A DNA stretch of 64,000 nt from the NCBI GenBank assembly GCA_030390025.1, contig CM059432.1, positions 3,658,001-3,722,000 on the forward strand, written 5' to 3'. Position 1 is the stretch's first letter; each line of letters opens with the position of its first letter. The notes beneath the pieces were generated by a model. It was not told the origin of the DNA. It searched no databases and was given only the letters and a program-made list of their open reading frames with translations. The position numbers and the translations under genes are program-made. Of this stretch, positions 38,351 to 51,590 are shown piece by piece. This DNA comes from Squalus acanthias. Lineage: Eukaryota.

Positions 38351-39263
38351 TATATTCACTCCCGGTCTGGCAGCGCCTCAATTTTAAAATTCCCATCCTT
38401 GTTTTCAAATCCCTCCATGGCCTCACTAACTCCCTATCTCTGCAACCTCCTACAGACCTACAAAACTTCGAGATCTCTGCGCTCCTCCAATTCTGGCTTC
38501 TTGCGCATCCCCCATATTAATCGCTCCACCATTGGCGGCCGTGCCTTCAGCTGCCTGGGCCCTAAGCTCTGGAATTCCCTCCCTAAACCTCTCCGCCTCT
38601 CTCTCCTCCTTTAAGACGCTCCTTAAAACCGACCTCTTTGACCAAGCTTTTGGTCACCTGCCCTAATATCTCCTTATGTGGCTCGGTGTCAAATTTTGTT
38701 TGATAATCACTCCTGTGAAGCGCCTTGGGACGTTTTACTATGTTAAAGGCGCTAGGATAAGGAGATTTACGAGGATGTTGCCAGGACTGGAAAACTTTAG
38801 CTACGAGGAAAGATTGGAGAGGCTGGTGTTGTTTTCCTTGGAACATAGGAGGCTGAGGGGAGATTTAATTGAAGTGTATAAAATTATGAGGGGTCTAGAT
38901 AGAGTAGACAGGAAGGACCTATTTCCCTTAGCAGAGAGGTCAAGAACCTGGGGTCATTGAATTAAAGTAATTGGTGGAAGGATTAGAGGGGAGATGAGGA
39001 AATATTTTTTCACCCAGAGGGTGGTGGGGGTCTGGAACTCACTGCCTGAAAGGGTGGTAGAGGCAGAAACCCTCATCACATTTAAAAAGTACTTGGATAT
39101 GCACTTGAAGTGCCGTAACCTGCAGGGCTACGGACCAAGAGCTGGAAAGTGGGATTAGGCTGGATAGCTCTTTGTCAGCCGGCACGGACACGATGGGCCG
39201 AATGGCCTCCTTTTGTTTCGTGATTTTTCTATGATTCTATATAAATACAAGTTGTTGTTGTTG
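38351..39263 (+). mobile_element. L2 3' end with a CR1 3' fragment (about 38755-39240) inserted in its tail
   Basis: aaaggcgcta|CR1|tataaatacaagttgttg. Confidence 0.85.
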
Positions 39264-39854
39264 CTTCCTGGGCTTGAATATCTTCCTGGTCTTGGTGACC
39301 AGAACGGGACACAATACTCAAGGTCATGTCTGACTAGGGCACTTCATTTGACGTGTCTTTGAGTGTTGTGGCTCGATGGATCAACATGCTATTTGCTTTC
39401 TGTTGATTGCTGCGCTGCCTAGCTTGGCCATCTTGAGCTCCCTTTACGATGCTCGTAAGGTGGCTCGGCTTCAGTGGCCGACACATATGGGCAGTGGGAG
39501 CGGACGCCAGACATGGTGATGTGTGTAGTCTTTAATGTGGTGCACATCTCCTCCCTTAATGACCAATTACGCTGGCAGCAGCGAGCACAACTAGGCTAAT
39601 GCATGTATTAAGCACATTAGTACATGACAGCCTCAATGGTGCCGCAGTAATCCTACAACAGATGGAAGGAGACTCAGGAAAAGTGCACAATCTGCACTCC
39701 CGACGTTACATATTTACCATCAGTGAATCATTGATATTAAATCATATGATGGCGTTGCATGGTATTACATAGGTGTGATTGCACGAGTTAGGGTACAGAG
39801 GAGATTTACCAGGATTTTGCCAGGACTGGAGAATTTTAGATATGAGGAAAAGAT

Positions 39855-42747
39855 GCATAATTTGCAACAAACATATATTCCTCTAGGGCATAAAAAACCC
39901 AAAAGGAAAAGTGATCCAACCATGGCTAACAAAAGAAATTAAAGCTAGTATTGAGTCAAAGGAGGAAGCTTATAAAGTTGCCAGAAAAAGCGGTCAGCCT
40001 GAGGATTGGGATCTTTTTAGAAAACAGCAAAGGGGGACCAAGAAATTGATAAAGAAAGGGAAAATGGAATATGAGCACAAACTAGCGAAAAGTATAAAAA
40101 CGGATTGTAAAAGCTTCTATAGGTATGTGAAAAGGAAAAGACTGGCGAAGGTAAATGTAGGTCCTTTATAGTCAGAGACGGGAGAATTTATAATGGGGAA
40201 TGAGGAAATGGCGGAGAAATTAAATAAATACTTTGGGCTGGATTTTGTCTTGGGGTCGGGTTGGGGTCGTGTTACCCGCATTTCGTGTTGCCCCCCCGAC
40301 TCCAGATTAATGTGGATGAATGATGCAATTTTCACTTAATTGGGCAATTGAGTTCCAGCATGTGGGAACCCATGAACCAATTAGTGGTTTCAGTCTGAAA
40401 GTCGCCTCTGATGATGTCATCATTGCAGGTCAGAGACTGACTGCCTGGTCTCAGAGATTGCCTGGCCTTTGCTGTTAGAGGACCTGGATGCAAAATGAGC
40501 AGCATCTCAGAGAGAGAGAGAGAGAGAGAGAGAATTTTTCAAGTCCTCCCAGGCAGTCTCTGAAGACATTCAATGCAGCAGCATCAGAGGCGACTTTCAG
40601 ACCTAATACTACTACTACCTTCATCACATCTCCATTGTAACAGTAGACCTGCAGCTGATAGTCAGCTATCCACTTGTGCTCCCGCCAGGTTTCACTGGCG
40701 TGTTTCACATCAGGCGTACTTCATGTCGGAAAAGGGTTAAACTAGCTAAAACGTTTCAAAATGGCATTACAGAGCCAATTTAGGGCTTGTTAAGGGCTTT
40801 AATGGCCTCTCCCGCCTCTTGGAGGCGGGACGGAGTCGGGAACCCCGTGACTGATTTTGTCAAAATTGCGTGGAGACGGAATGGAGTCGGGATGGGGTCA
40901 GGACCCCCGACCCCGCAAATTTAACCCCCCACACGTCTCCAAACCCGACTCCACGGGTCATTGAAAATCCAGCCCTTTGTTTCTGTCTTCACGGAGGAAG
41001 ACACAAAAAACCTCACAGAAATACGAGAAAACCAAGGGTGTGGCGAGAATGAGGAACTTAAAGAAATTATTATTAGTAAAAAAACAGTACTAGCAAAATT
41101 AATGGGACTAAAAGTCGATAAATCCCAAGGACCGGATGACCTACTTCCATAAGAACATAAGAACATAAGAAATAGGAGCAGGAGTAGGCCAATTGGCCCC
41201 TCGAGCCTGCTCCGCCATTCAATAAGATCATGGCTGATCTGATCCTAACCGCCAATCTACTATCACAGAACCATCTCCTGAACCTAACAGAATTGGACAC
41301 ACGAAATAGGAGCAGGATCAGGCTACACGGCCCCTGGGCCCGCTACGCTACCCACAGGACCATGACCGATCCGAACCTTGACTCATGTCCAAATTCCTGC
41401 CTGCTCCCTTAATTCCCTTTACTTCTAGGAAACTGTCTATTTCTGTTTTAAATTCATGTACGGTTTTGAAAGAGGATAGTGGACGCATTGGTTGTCATCT
41501 TCCAAAATTCTATAGATTCTGGAACGATTCCTGCAGATTGGAGGATAGCAAATGTAACCCCGCTATTTAAGAAAGGAGGGAGAGAGAAAACGGGGAACTA
41601 CAGATCTGTTAGCCTCACATCAATAGTTGGGAAAATGCTGGAATCTATTATAAAGGATGCAATAACTGGGCACTTAGAAACTAATAGTAAGATTGGGCAG
41701 AGTCAACATGGATTTATGAAAGGGAAATCCTGTTTGACAACCCTATTGGAGTTCTTTGAGGATGTAACTAGTGGAGTAGACAAAGGGGAACCAGTAGATG
41801 TGGTGTATCTGGATTTTCAGAAGGCCTCCGATAAGGTCCCACACAAGAGGTTGGTGAACAAAATTAGGGCACATGGAATTGGGGGTAATATACTAGCATG
41901 GATTGAGAATTGGTTAACAGACAGAAAACAAAAAGTAGGGATAAACGGGTCTTTTTCAGGATGGCTGGCTGTGACTAGTGAAGTACCGCAAGGATCGGTG
42001 CCTGGGCCCCAGCTATTCACAATCTGTATCAATGATTTGGATGAGGGGACTAAATGTAACATTTCCAAATTTGCTGATGATACAAAGCTAGGTGGCAGTG
42101 TCAGTTGTGAAGAGGATGTGAAGAGGCTTCAAGGGGATCTCGACAGGCTCAGTGAATGGGTGAGAATATGGCAGATGGAATATAATGTGGATAAATGTGA
42201 AGTTATCCACTTTGGTAGAAAAAACAGAAAGACAGAGTATTTCCTAAGTGCAACGAAGGTTCACGAGATTGATTCCTGGGATGGCGGGACTGTCGTATGA
42301 GAAGAGATTGAGTAAACTAGGCCTGTATTCTCTTGAATTCAGAAGAATGAGAGGGGATCTCATTGAAGCATACAAAATTATTACAGGGCTTGATAGGGTG
42401 GATGCTGGGAGAATGTTTCCTTTGGCTGGGGAGTCTAGAACCAGGTGCCACAGCCTCAGGATAAAGGGTAGGCCATTCAGGACTGAGATGAGAAGAAATT
42501 TCTTCACAAAGAGGGTGGTGAATCTTTGGAATTCTCTACCCCAGAGGGCTGTGGAGGCTCAGTCATTGAGTATATTCAAAACAGAAGTCGATAGATTTCT
42601 GACTAGTAAGGGCACCAAGGGATATGGTGATAGGGCCGGTGAATGGAGTTGAGGCAGAAGATCAGCCATGATCTCATTGAATGGCGGAGCAGGCTCGAAG
42701 GGCCAAATGGCCGACTCCTGCTCCTATTTCTTCTGCTCTTATGTTCT
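39855..42747 (+). mobile_element. CR1 LINE (5'-truncated, internally deleted ORF2) nested in another CR1 (about 39790-39854 plus 42748-43175)
   Basis: ORFs 39911-40171, 41479-42300 (YLDFQK, PQGS, KFADD) and 42248-42652. Confidence 0.9.
40235..40975. mobile_element. PIF/Harbinger MITE, family 2
   Basis: TIR gggctggatttt...aaaatccagccc; TSD TTT at 40232-40234 and 40976-40978. Confidence 0.92.
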
Positions 42748-43553
42748 TAGATTGGATAGGCTGGGGTTGTTTTCCTTGGAACAGAGGAGGCTGAGGGGAG
42801 ACTTAATTGAGGTGTATAAAATTATGAGGGGCTGAGATAGATTGGATAGGAAGGACCTATTTCCCTTAGCAGAGAGGTCAATAATCAGGGGGCATAGATT
42901 TAAAGTAATTGGTAGAAGGATTAGAGGGGAGTTGAGGAGAACTTTTTTCACCCAGAGGGTGATGGGGGTCTGGAACTCACTGCCTGAAAGGGTGGTAGAG
43001 GCAGAAACCCTCATCACATTTAAAAAGTACTTGGATGTGCCCCTGAAGTGCCGTAACCTGCAGGGCCACGGACCAAGAGCTGGAAAGTGGGATTAGGCTG
43101 GATAGCTCTTTTTCAGCCGGCACGGACACGATGGGCCGAATGGCCTCCTTCTGGGCCGTAAATTTCTGTGATTCTGTAGGATTTTACAGCACAGGAACAA
43201 GCCATTCGGCCCAATGGCTTCATGCTCCACACGAGCCTCCTCCTCTCACCCTATCGACCTATCCTAGTAACTTCTCCCTCATGTAATTATCTAGCTTCCC
43301 CTTAAGTGCAGATTAATTGTCGTGAGATGTAAGTAACTAATGCAGTTGCTAGTAATGGACCTTGTGATGTATTCAGACCTTCATCTGTCTGGTGACAGAA
43401 GAGTTAAACGGCTCTTTGACCAATGCTGCTCGGCATTGCTATTGGTGGCTGAATGCTAACTTAACATAAATTGAATTGGGGTACGTTGGATGATTGAGAC
43501 TAAGCTAAATTAGGCACCGTATATTAAAGCCTAGATTAAAGCCTAGAACCCAG

Positions 43554-44080
43554 AGTGTGATGGAATACCCTCCACTTGCCTGGATGAGTGCAGCTCCAAC
43601 AACACTCAAGAAGCTCGACACCATCCAGGACAAAGCAGCCCGCTTGATTGGCACCCCATCCACCATCTTAAACATTCACTCCCTCCTCCACCACCGGCGC
43701 ACCGTGGCTGCAGTGTGTACCATCTACAGGATGCACTGCAGCAACTCGCCAAGGCTTCTTCGGCAGCACCTCTCAAATCCGCGACCTCTACCACCTAGAA
43801 GGACAAGGGCAGCAGGCGCATGGGAACACCACCACCTCCAAGTTCCCCTCCAAGTCACACACCATCCTGACTTAGAAATATATCGGCCGTTTCTTCATCG
43901 TCGCTGGGTCAAAATCCTGGAACTCCCTCCCTAACAGCACTGTGGGAGCACCTTCACCACACGGACTGCAGCGGTTCCAGAAGGTGGCTCACCACCACCT
44001 TCTCGAGGGCCATTAGGGATGGGGCAATAAATGCCGGCCTTGCCAGCGACGCCCACATCCCGTGAATGAATAATAAAAAA
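43554..44080 (+). mobile_element. CR1-group LINE family B 3' fragment
   Basis: MEY.PLAWMSAAPTTLKKLD..; tail ttagggatggggcaataaatgc..aataaaaaa. Confidence 0.8.
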
Positions 44081-44603
44081 CCATAAAACCAGATCCATAT
44101 CTCCTGGATTCACTAATTATGCACATCCTTACATCGCACAAAATGTTGGGCTCCGAATGGCCATGTTAAAATGAGAATTGTGTGTGTACTTAGAACAAAA
44201 CCATCCAAGTAATAATAAGTCATCAATGTCCATCTACTCTTCTCAATGGCATTCCACTTACACAGTGATTCAGTCCTGATTGACAGATGCCAACATGGTG
44301 TCACAGACACAGCGGGTCCCTGCTTGTCAGAATCTGCGCTGCCCAGCAATCTCATTGGCTGCTGAGGTCTGTGTATTTAATACAGATTTCCTAAAGAAAA
44401 TAGACTCAGGGACTCTGGTTAAACATTACGACAGTGACTACGCTTCAAAAGTTCTTCATTGGCTGTAAAGCGCTTTGGGACATCCTGAGGTCGTGAAAGG
44501 CGCTGTAGAAATGCAAGATCTTTCTTTAACTTGTTACCCCATTTGTAATATACTTCCATGTGCCGTGATGCTCGACACTGAGCTAGGTTCCTGTGCCGGC
44601 ATG

Positions 44604-45018
44604 AAAGAAAGAAAGACTTGCATTTATATAGCGCCTTTCACAATGTCCCAAAGCCAATGAATTACCTTTGAAGTGTAGTCACTGTTGTAATGTAGGAAAC
44701 GCGGCAACCAATTTGCGCACAGAAAGCTCCCACAAACAGCAATGTGATAATGACCAGATAATCTGTTTTTAGTGATGCTGATTGAGGGATAAATATTGGC
44801 CAGGACACCAGGGAGAACTCTCCTGCTCTTCCTCAAAATAGTGCCGTGGGATCTTTCACTGAGAGCAGGTGGGGCCTTGGTTTGACTTCTCATCCAAAAG
44901 ACAGCACTCCCTCGGAGTGTCAACCTAGATTTTTACACCCAAGTCTCTGGGGTGGGATCTGAATCTACAACCTTCTGACTCAGAGGTGAGTGTGCTACCC
45001 ACTGAGCCACAGCTGACA
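44604..45018 (-). mobile_element. Deu-domain SINE (SacSINE1-like)
   Basis: Head, core and tail as in the other copies. Confidence 0.8.
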
Positions 45019-45180
45019 CTACCAAGGGCCTACTCCAACAGGATTCACATAGATCTCCTCATATTGTACTATAATGCCTCAAACTTATCATCTGCTGTAG
45101 ACAAACTACATCCAATCTGCAAATCTGTCCAATAAAACTATCGGGTTTCTACACTGGGCAGAACATTCTTGGATTAGGAA

Positions 45181-45500
45181 TACAAGATGCACTGCAGCAA
45201 CTCACCAAGGCTTCTTCGGCAGCACCTCCCAAACCCACGACCTCTTCCACCTAGAAGGACAAGGGCAGCAGGCACATGGGAACACCACCACCTCCATGTT
45301 CCCCTCCAAGTCACACACCATCCTGACTTGGAAATATATCGCCGTTCCTTCATTGTCGCTGGGTCAAAATCCTGGAATTCCACGGACTGCAGCGGTTCAA
45401 GAAGGCGGCTCACCACCACCTTCTCGAGGGCAATTAGGGATAGGCAATAAATGCTGGCCTTGCCAGTGATGCCCACATCCCATAAACGAATAAAAAAAAA
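45181..45500 (+). mobile_element. CR1-group LINE family B 3' fragment
   Basis: Same 3' end as 43554-44080. Confidence 0.8.
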
Positions 45501-45829
45501 TGAGAGATGATCAAATGGACAATGAAGTCAACTGCTTCCATAGACATGTACAGTATTGCCTGATACCTAAAGGCAGTGCTGTCTAACAGTGTCAGCCATG
45601 GCTCAGTGGGTAGCACTCTCGACTTTGCACCTGAAAATTGTGGGTTCAAGTCCCACTCCAGAGATCTTAAGCATTAAAAATCTAGGCTGACATTGCAGTG
45701 CTGAGGGAGTGCTGTACAATGGGTCAAATGGCCTCCTTCTGTGCTGTATCATTCTACTGTAAGAGTTGAGTTTGTATTTTTATTCAAAGGTGCATCACTG
45801 TTACGTAAACTATTTTTTTGTAGTAATGA

Positions 45830-46870
45830 ACAGGTACAGAAAATAATCAGAAAGGCTAATGGAATGCTGGCCTTTATATCTAGAGGATTAGAATAGAAGG
45901 GGGTAGAAGTTATGTTGCAGCTGTACAAAGCCCTGGTTAGACCACACCTGGAGCACTGTGAGCAGTTCTGGGCACCACACCTTAGGAAGGATTTATTGGC
46001 CTTGGAGGGAGTGCAGCGTAGGTTTACCAGACTGATACCCGGACTTCAAGGGTTAAATTACGCAGAGAGATTACACAAATTAAGGTTGTATTCCCTGGAA
46101 TTTAGAAGGTTAAGGGGTGATCTGATCGAAGTTTTCAAGATATTAAGGGGAACAGATAGGGTAGATAGAGAGAAACTATTTCAACAACAACAACAACTTG
46201 TATTTATATAGCGCCTTTAACGTAGTAAGACGTCCCAAGGTGCTGCACAGGAGTGTTATAAGGCAAAAAATGTATTTGACACTGAGCCACATAAGGAGAA
46301 ATTAGGGCAGGTGACCAAAAGCTTGGTCAAAGAGGTAGGTTTTAAGGAGCGTCTTAAAGGAGGAGAGAGAGGTAGCGAGGTGGAGAGGTTTAGGGAGGGA
46401 ATTCCAGAGCTTAGGGCCTAGGCAACAGAAGGCACGGCCACCAATGGTTGAACGATTATAATCAGGGATGCTCAAGAGGGCAGAATTAGAGGAGCGCAGA
46501 TATCTCGAGAAGGGATGGGTGACTGAAGGAGGTTACAGAGATAGGGAGGGCTTGTCCGCTGGTTGGGGAGTCTAGGACTAGGGGGCATAGTCTAAAAATT
46601 AGAGCCAGACCTTTCAGGAGTGAAATTAGGAAACACTTCGACACACAAAGGGTGGTAGAAGTTTAGAACTCTCTTCCACAAACAGCAATTGATGCTAGAT
46701 CAATTGTTAATTTTAAATTGGAGATTGATAGATTTTTCTTAACAAATGGTATTAAGGGATATGGGGAAAAGGCGGATATATGGAGTTAGGTCACAGATCA
46801 GCCATGATCTCATTGAATGGTGGAGCAGGCTCGAGGGATTGAATGGCCTCCTCCTGTTCCTATGTTCCTT
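45830..46870 (+). mobile_element. CR1 3' fragment interrupted by an antisense L2 3' fragment (about 46182-46550)
   Basis: LYKALVRPHLEHC..RGDLIEVFKIL; resumes at ccgctggttggggagtctagg. Confidence 0.85.
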
Positions 46871-47447
46871 TTTTCATTGATTGCTCCACAGTGAATTCTC
46901 GCAGTTGGGTGATAAATCGATTGCGAGTCTCAGTAATCTTCACCCCTCGCAGATAACTTGGCGCAATGACTGACGGTTCTGTTACTCCTGGGTCCTGAGT
47001 CTTTCACTCGCAGGTTTTCCTTCCTATCATCACAAATGTCACTTGTGAGGCGTTCATCACAAAACACTGCCACTGGGCGAATAATGAACGCTAGCAGCTC
47101 AGATACCCGACAGCCCACTGCTGCACTGCTGGCTCGAGATAATAACAGAACTGAGATCATTCAAGAAATGCTCTCGAAATTACATCAAATCGGAAATGAC
47201 ATTGCAAATGCTCGCTTGTGTTCCGACAGCTGTCAGTACTTGAAGATCTCAGATCCTGGTACAGATAATTAAAGCAAGTGATAACATTTATACGCATGAC
47301 ACAATATATGTGTCTCTTTCAAAGCCACCCGCCTTCAGCTTTTGAAAAATGTCTTACTCTTTAAACTCTCAATATTCAAATGCTGTTTTGTACCATTTCG
47401 GTGCTGATGAAAGTGAGGGATGTTAGAACCAGGAATACACAAAGCTC

Positions 47448-47790
47448 CAGGCTGACGCTCCCAGTGCAGTGCTGAGGGAGCGCCGCACTGTCAGAGGTGC
47501 CGTCTTTCGGATGAGACGTTAAACCGAGGCCCCGTTTGCTCTCTCAGGTGGACGTAAAAGATCCCACGGCCACTATTTCGAAGAAGAGCAGGGGAGTTAT
47601 CCCCGGTGTCCTGGGCCAATATTTATCCCTCAATCAACATCACCAAAACAGATTATCTGGTCATTATCACATTGCTGTTTGTGGGAGCTTGCTGTGCGAA
47701 AATTGGCTGCCACGTTTCCTACATTACAACAGTGACTACACTCCAAAAGTACTTCGTTGGCTGTAAAGCGTTCTGGGACGCTATAGAAAT
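47448..47790 (+). mobile_element. Deu-domain SINE (SacSINE1-like), truncated
   Basis: Deu-type core and tail. Confidence 0.8.
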
Positions 47791-47855
47791 GTAATTTGCG
47801 CACAGCAAGCTCCCACTAACAGCAGTGTGATAATGACCAGATAATCTGTTTTAGT

Positions 47856-49099
47856 CATCGATGTCTGCCCTTGTTGACAGTAGGCTCCCGAGGTATGGAA
47901 AGTGGTTCACATTGTCCAAGGCCTTGTCGTGGATTTTGATAATCGGGGGACAGTACTGTGTGGCGGGGGCAGGTTGGTAGAGGACCTTTGCCTTACAGAT
48001 GTTTAGTGTAAGGCCCATGCTCTCGTACACTTCGGTGATGGTGTTAACAATGGTTTGGAGTTCGACCTCCGAGTAGGCGCAGACGCAAGCGTCGTCTGCA
48101 TACTGTAATTCGACGACAGAGGATGGGATGACCTTGGATCTGGACTGGAGGCGACGGAGGTTGAACAGTTTCCTGTTTGTTCTGTAAATTAGCTACACTC
48201 CAGCGGGGAGCTTACTGAGGGTGAGATGGAGCATTGCAGCAAGGAAGATCGAGAAGTGCGTTGATGCGATGACACAGCCTTGCTTGACCCCGGTCCGTAC
48301 GTGAATTGGGAGGTCTGTGATGGAACCGTTGGTCAGGATCACGGCTTGCATCGTCTTCAGTGTGCCAGTGCAGCCTTCAGTCGCCTGAGGAAGAGAGTGT
48401 TTGAAGACCAGGACTTCAAACCCGGCACTAAGCTCATGGTCTACAGAGCAGTAGTAATACCCGCCCTCCTGTATGCCTCAGAGACATGGACCATGTACAA
48501 CAGGCAACTCAAAGCACTGGAGAGGTACCACCAACGCCGCCTCCACAAGATCCTGCAAATCCATTTGGCAGGATAGGCGCACCAACATCAGTGTTCTCGC
48601 TCAGGCCAACATCCCCAGCATCGAAGCTCTGACCACGCTCGATCAGCTCCGATGGACGGGCCACATCGTCCGCATGCCCGATACGAGACTCCCAAAACAA
48701 GCGCTCTTCTCGGAGCTCCGACACGGCAAGAGAGCCCCAGGTAGGCAGAGGAGGCGCTTCAAGGACACCCAGAAAGCCTCCTTGAAAAAGTGCAACATCC
48801 CCACCGACACCTGGGAATCCCTGGCCCAAAACCGCACAAAGTGGAGGAGAAGCATCCGGGAAGGCGCCGAACACCTCGAGTCTCTTCACCGGGAGCAAGC
48901 GGAAGCCAAGCGCAGGCAGCGCAAGGAACGCACGTCAACCCAAGCACCCCACCCACCCTCCCGCCCCTTCAACCACCATCTGCACCACCTGTGACAGAGA
49001 CTGTAGGTCCCGCATTGGACTCATCAGTCAGCTGAGAACTCATTTTTAATGTGGAAGCAAGTCATCCTCGGTTCCGAGGGACTGCCTAAGAAGAAGAAG
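47856..49099 (+). mobile_element. RTE-clade LINE, 5'-truncated, with 5' inversion
   Basis: 13-bp TSD aatctgttttagt at 47843-47855 and 49100-49112; (AAG)n tail; VYRAVVIPALLYASETW, LRWTGHIVRMPDTRLPK; the 47856-48349 segment carries QYADD on the minus strand. Confidence 0.88.
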
Positions 49100-49761
49100 A
49101 ATCTGTTTTAGTGATGTTGATTGAGGGCAACTATTGTCCAGGACACCGGGGAGAACTCCCCTGCTCTTCTTCAAAACAGTGCCATGGGATCTTTTACGTC
49201 CACCGGAGAGCGCAGATGGGGCCTCGGTTTAACGTCTCATCTGAAAGTATAAATCCCTCCATAGCCATCATCCCTTTCTATCTCTGTAACCTCTGCCAGC
49301 CCTGTAGTGACGCCCCACTGCCAAAATCTCAATTTCTCTAATTTTGGCCTTTTGTGCATCCATACCTGCCTTCGCTCCGCCATTGGCACCAGCACCTTCA
49401 GCCGCCCAGGCACCATGCTCTGTAATTGCCACCCCAAACCTCTCTGCCTTTCCACCTCTCTCTCTTTTAAGATCCTCCTTAAAAACGTACCTCTTGGAGC
49501 GAGCTTTTGTTCATCCCTTCTAACATCTCCTTCTTTTGTTCGGTGGCCATTTTCTTTCCCCTTACGTCTCTGTGGCTCCATATAAATGTAACTTCTTGTT
49601 GTTGTGTTGTGAGCGATGTATCTCTACATCTATATAGCTTCATTAAATTTACCCAATAAAATAAAAAAAAAAAAATCTTCCACGTGGTTCCCTCATCAAT
49701 CCGGTGCATTGGTGCAGATGCCAGGTAAATAAAGGATTGGGCCTGGCTCTGATGCCTCCAG

Positions 49762-50338
49762 TGTCTCACCTCCTGACTCCCCAAAGCCTTTCCACCATCT
49801 ACAAGGCACAAGTCAGGAGTGTGATGGAATACTCTCCACTTGCCTGGATGACTGCAGCTCCAACAACACTCAAGAAGCTCGACACCATCCAGGACAAAGC
49901 AGCCCGTTTGATTGGCACCCCATCCAGCACCTTAAACATTCACTCCCTCCACCACCGGCGCACCGTGGCTGCAGTGTGTACCATCTACAAGATGCACTGC
50001 AGCAACTCGCCAAGGCTTCTTCGGCGGCACCTCCCAAACCCGCGACCTCTTCCAACTAGAAGGGCAAGGGCAGCAGGCGCATGGGAACACCACCACCTCC
50101 AAGTTCCCCTGCAAGTCACACACCATCCTGACTTGCAAGTATATCGGTCGTTCCTTCATAGTCGCTGTGTCAAAATCCTGGAACTCCGTCCTTAACAGCA
50201 CTGTGGGAGGACCTTCACCACACGGAATGCAGCGGTTCAAGAAGGCAGCTCACCACCACCTTCTGAAGGGTGATTAGGGATGGGCAATAAATGCTGGCCT
50301 TGCCAGCGAAGCCCACATCCCATAAGCGAATAAAAAAA
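49762..50338 (+). mobile_element. CR1-group LINE family B 3' fragment
   Basis: ORF 49704-50195 and the family B tail. Confidence 0.8.
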
Positions 50339-50711
50339 GTGGATGAATAGCTTGATGATGCTCACTATCCAGACGTAGATGAAGAACAGAAATCTGGGTG
50401 CAATACTGGAAAGCCGCTGGTATCCCTGGGTCTGAAACGCCAAAATGACCCCCTTGCCTGGATGAGTTGTAAGACGTTTCCTTTCGGGACATCACAGGTT
50501 TAAGATTCCGACCCAAGAATTATAAGTGAGTAATTAACACAAACGCGGATTCTGACTTAACTCAACTTTATTGAGATGTCAAAACTAAACTTGTTGCAAT
50601 GCAATGACTGTCACCACTAACCCATGTTGTGGATAGGATATACATACGATCACCCACGGATGGTCAGTTCACGTTTACTGTAGGTTCTTTGGGCTGACCG
50701 ACCAAGTCGCA

Positions 50712-50885
50712 CCCCTCTCTCCGTCTGCAGTCCTATCCTCGTAAGACAGATGAGTAGCCAGGCCACCTCTTCTGACTGCAGTCTGATCCTCGTAGGCGAG
50801 ATGAGTAGCCAGGCCACCTCTTCTGACTGCAGTCTGATCCTCGTAGGCGAGATGCCTGGCCAAAACCACCTCCTTCCAACTGCAG
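50712..50885. repeat. 51-bp tandem repeat (about 3 units) inside the LTR
   Basis: gatgagtagccaggccacctcttctgactgcagtctgatcctcgtaggcga at 50749 and 50800, with degenerate flanking units. Confidence 0.9.
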
Positions 50886-51169
50886 TGAAATTATCTTTTT
50901 GGGCGTTGTCTTTTATTCTTCTCTGTAACCAACTCTGTGCTGCAAAGGGGCGTTCCCTCCTTTCTCCGGTATGTGGGAGGAGTTGGTCGAGTTGGCATTC
51001 TTCCGTTGTGCCCTGAGTCCACTGGCAATTGTCAACTATTAACGTCTTTATCTCCTTAAATCAGACTCGAGGCCACTTAAACAATGTCTGAGAGGGTTGC
51101 AAAGTTTGCAGAGGTGATCAGCAACACAATATGCATTGTGCAAAGGTCATTGACTTGTGTTCTGTCTTA

Positions 51170-51590
51170 ACATAGAAACATAGAAACATAGAATCTAGGA
51201 GCAGGAGTAGGCCATTCAGCCCGTCGAGCCTGCTCCACCATTCAATACGATCATGGCTGATCATCCAAATCCAGTACCCTGTCCCTGCTGTAATCCCCAC
51301 AGTACACATATCCCACCCTACCCCCGTAACCCCACGTATTTAATTCCCCCTAACATATCCCATCACCCCACATATTTAATCCCCCCCTAACACTAAGGGT
51401 TAATTTATCATAGCCAAATCAACCTAACCCACACATTTTTGGACTGTGGGAGGAAACCGGAGCACCCAGAGGAAACCCACGCAGACACGGGGAGAATGTG
51501 CAAACTCCACACAGACAGTCACCCGAGGTCAGATTCGAACCCGGGTCCCTGGCGCTGTGAGACACCAGTGCTAACCACTATGCCACCGTC
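51170..51590 (-). mobile_element. V-SINE (HE1-like) with CR1-derived tail
   Basis: tRNA head tggcatagtgg..ggttcgaatc; V-domain ctgtgtggagtttgcacattctccccgtgtctgcgtgggtttcc; CR1 tail (tttctatg)n. Confidence 0.85.

Noticed and set aside
45590..45715. tRNA gene
   Set aside because: It is the tRNA-derived head of the Deu-domain SINE and continues into SINE body sequence.
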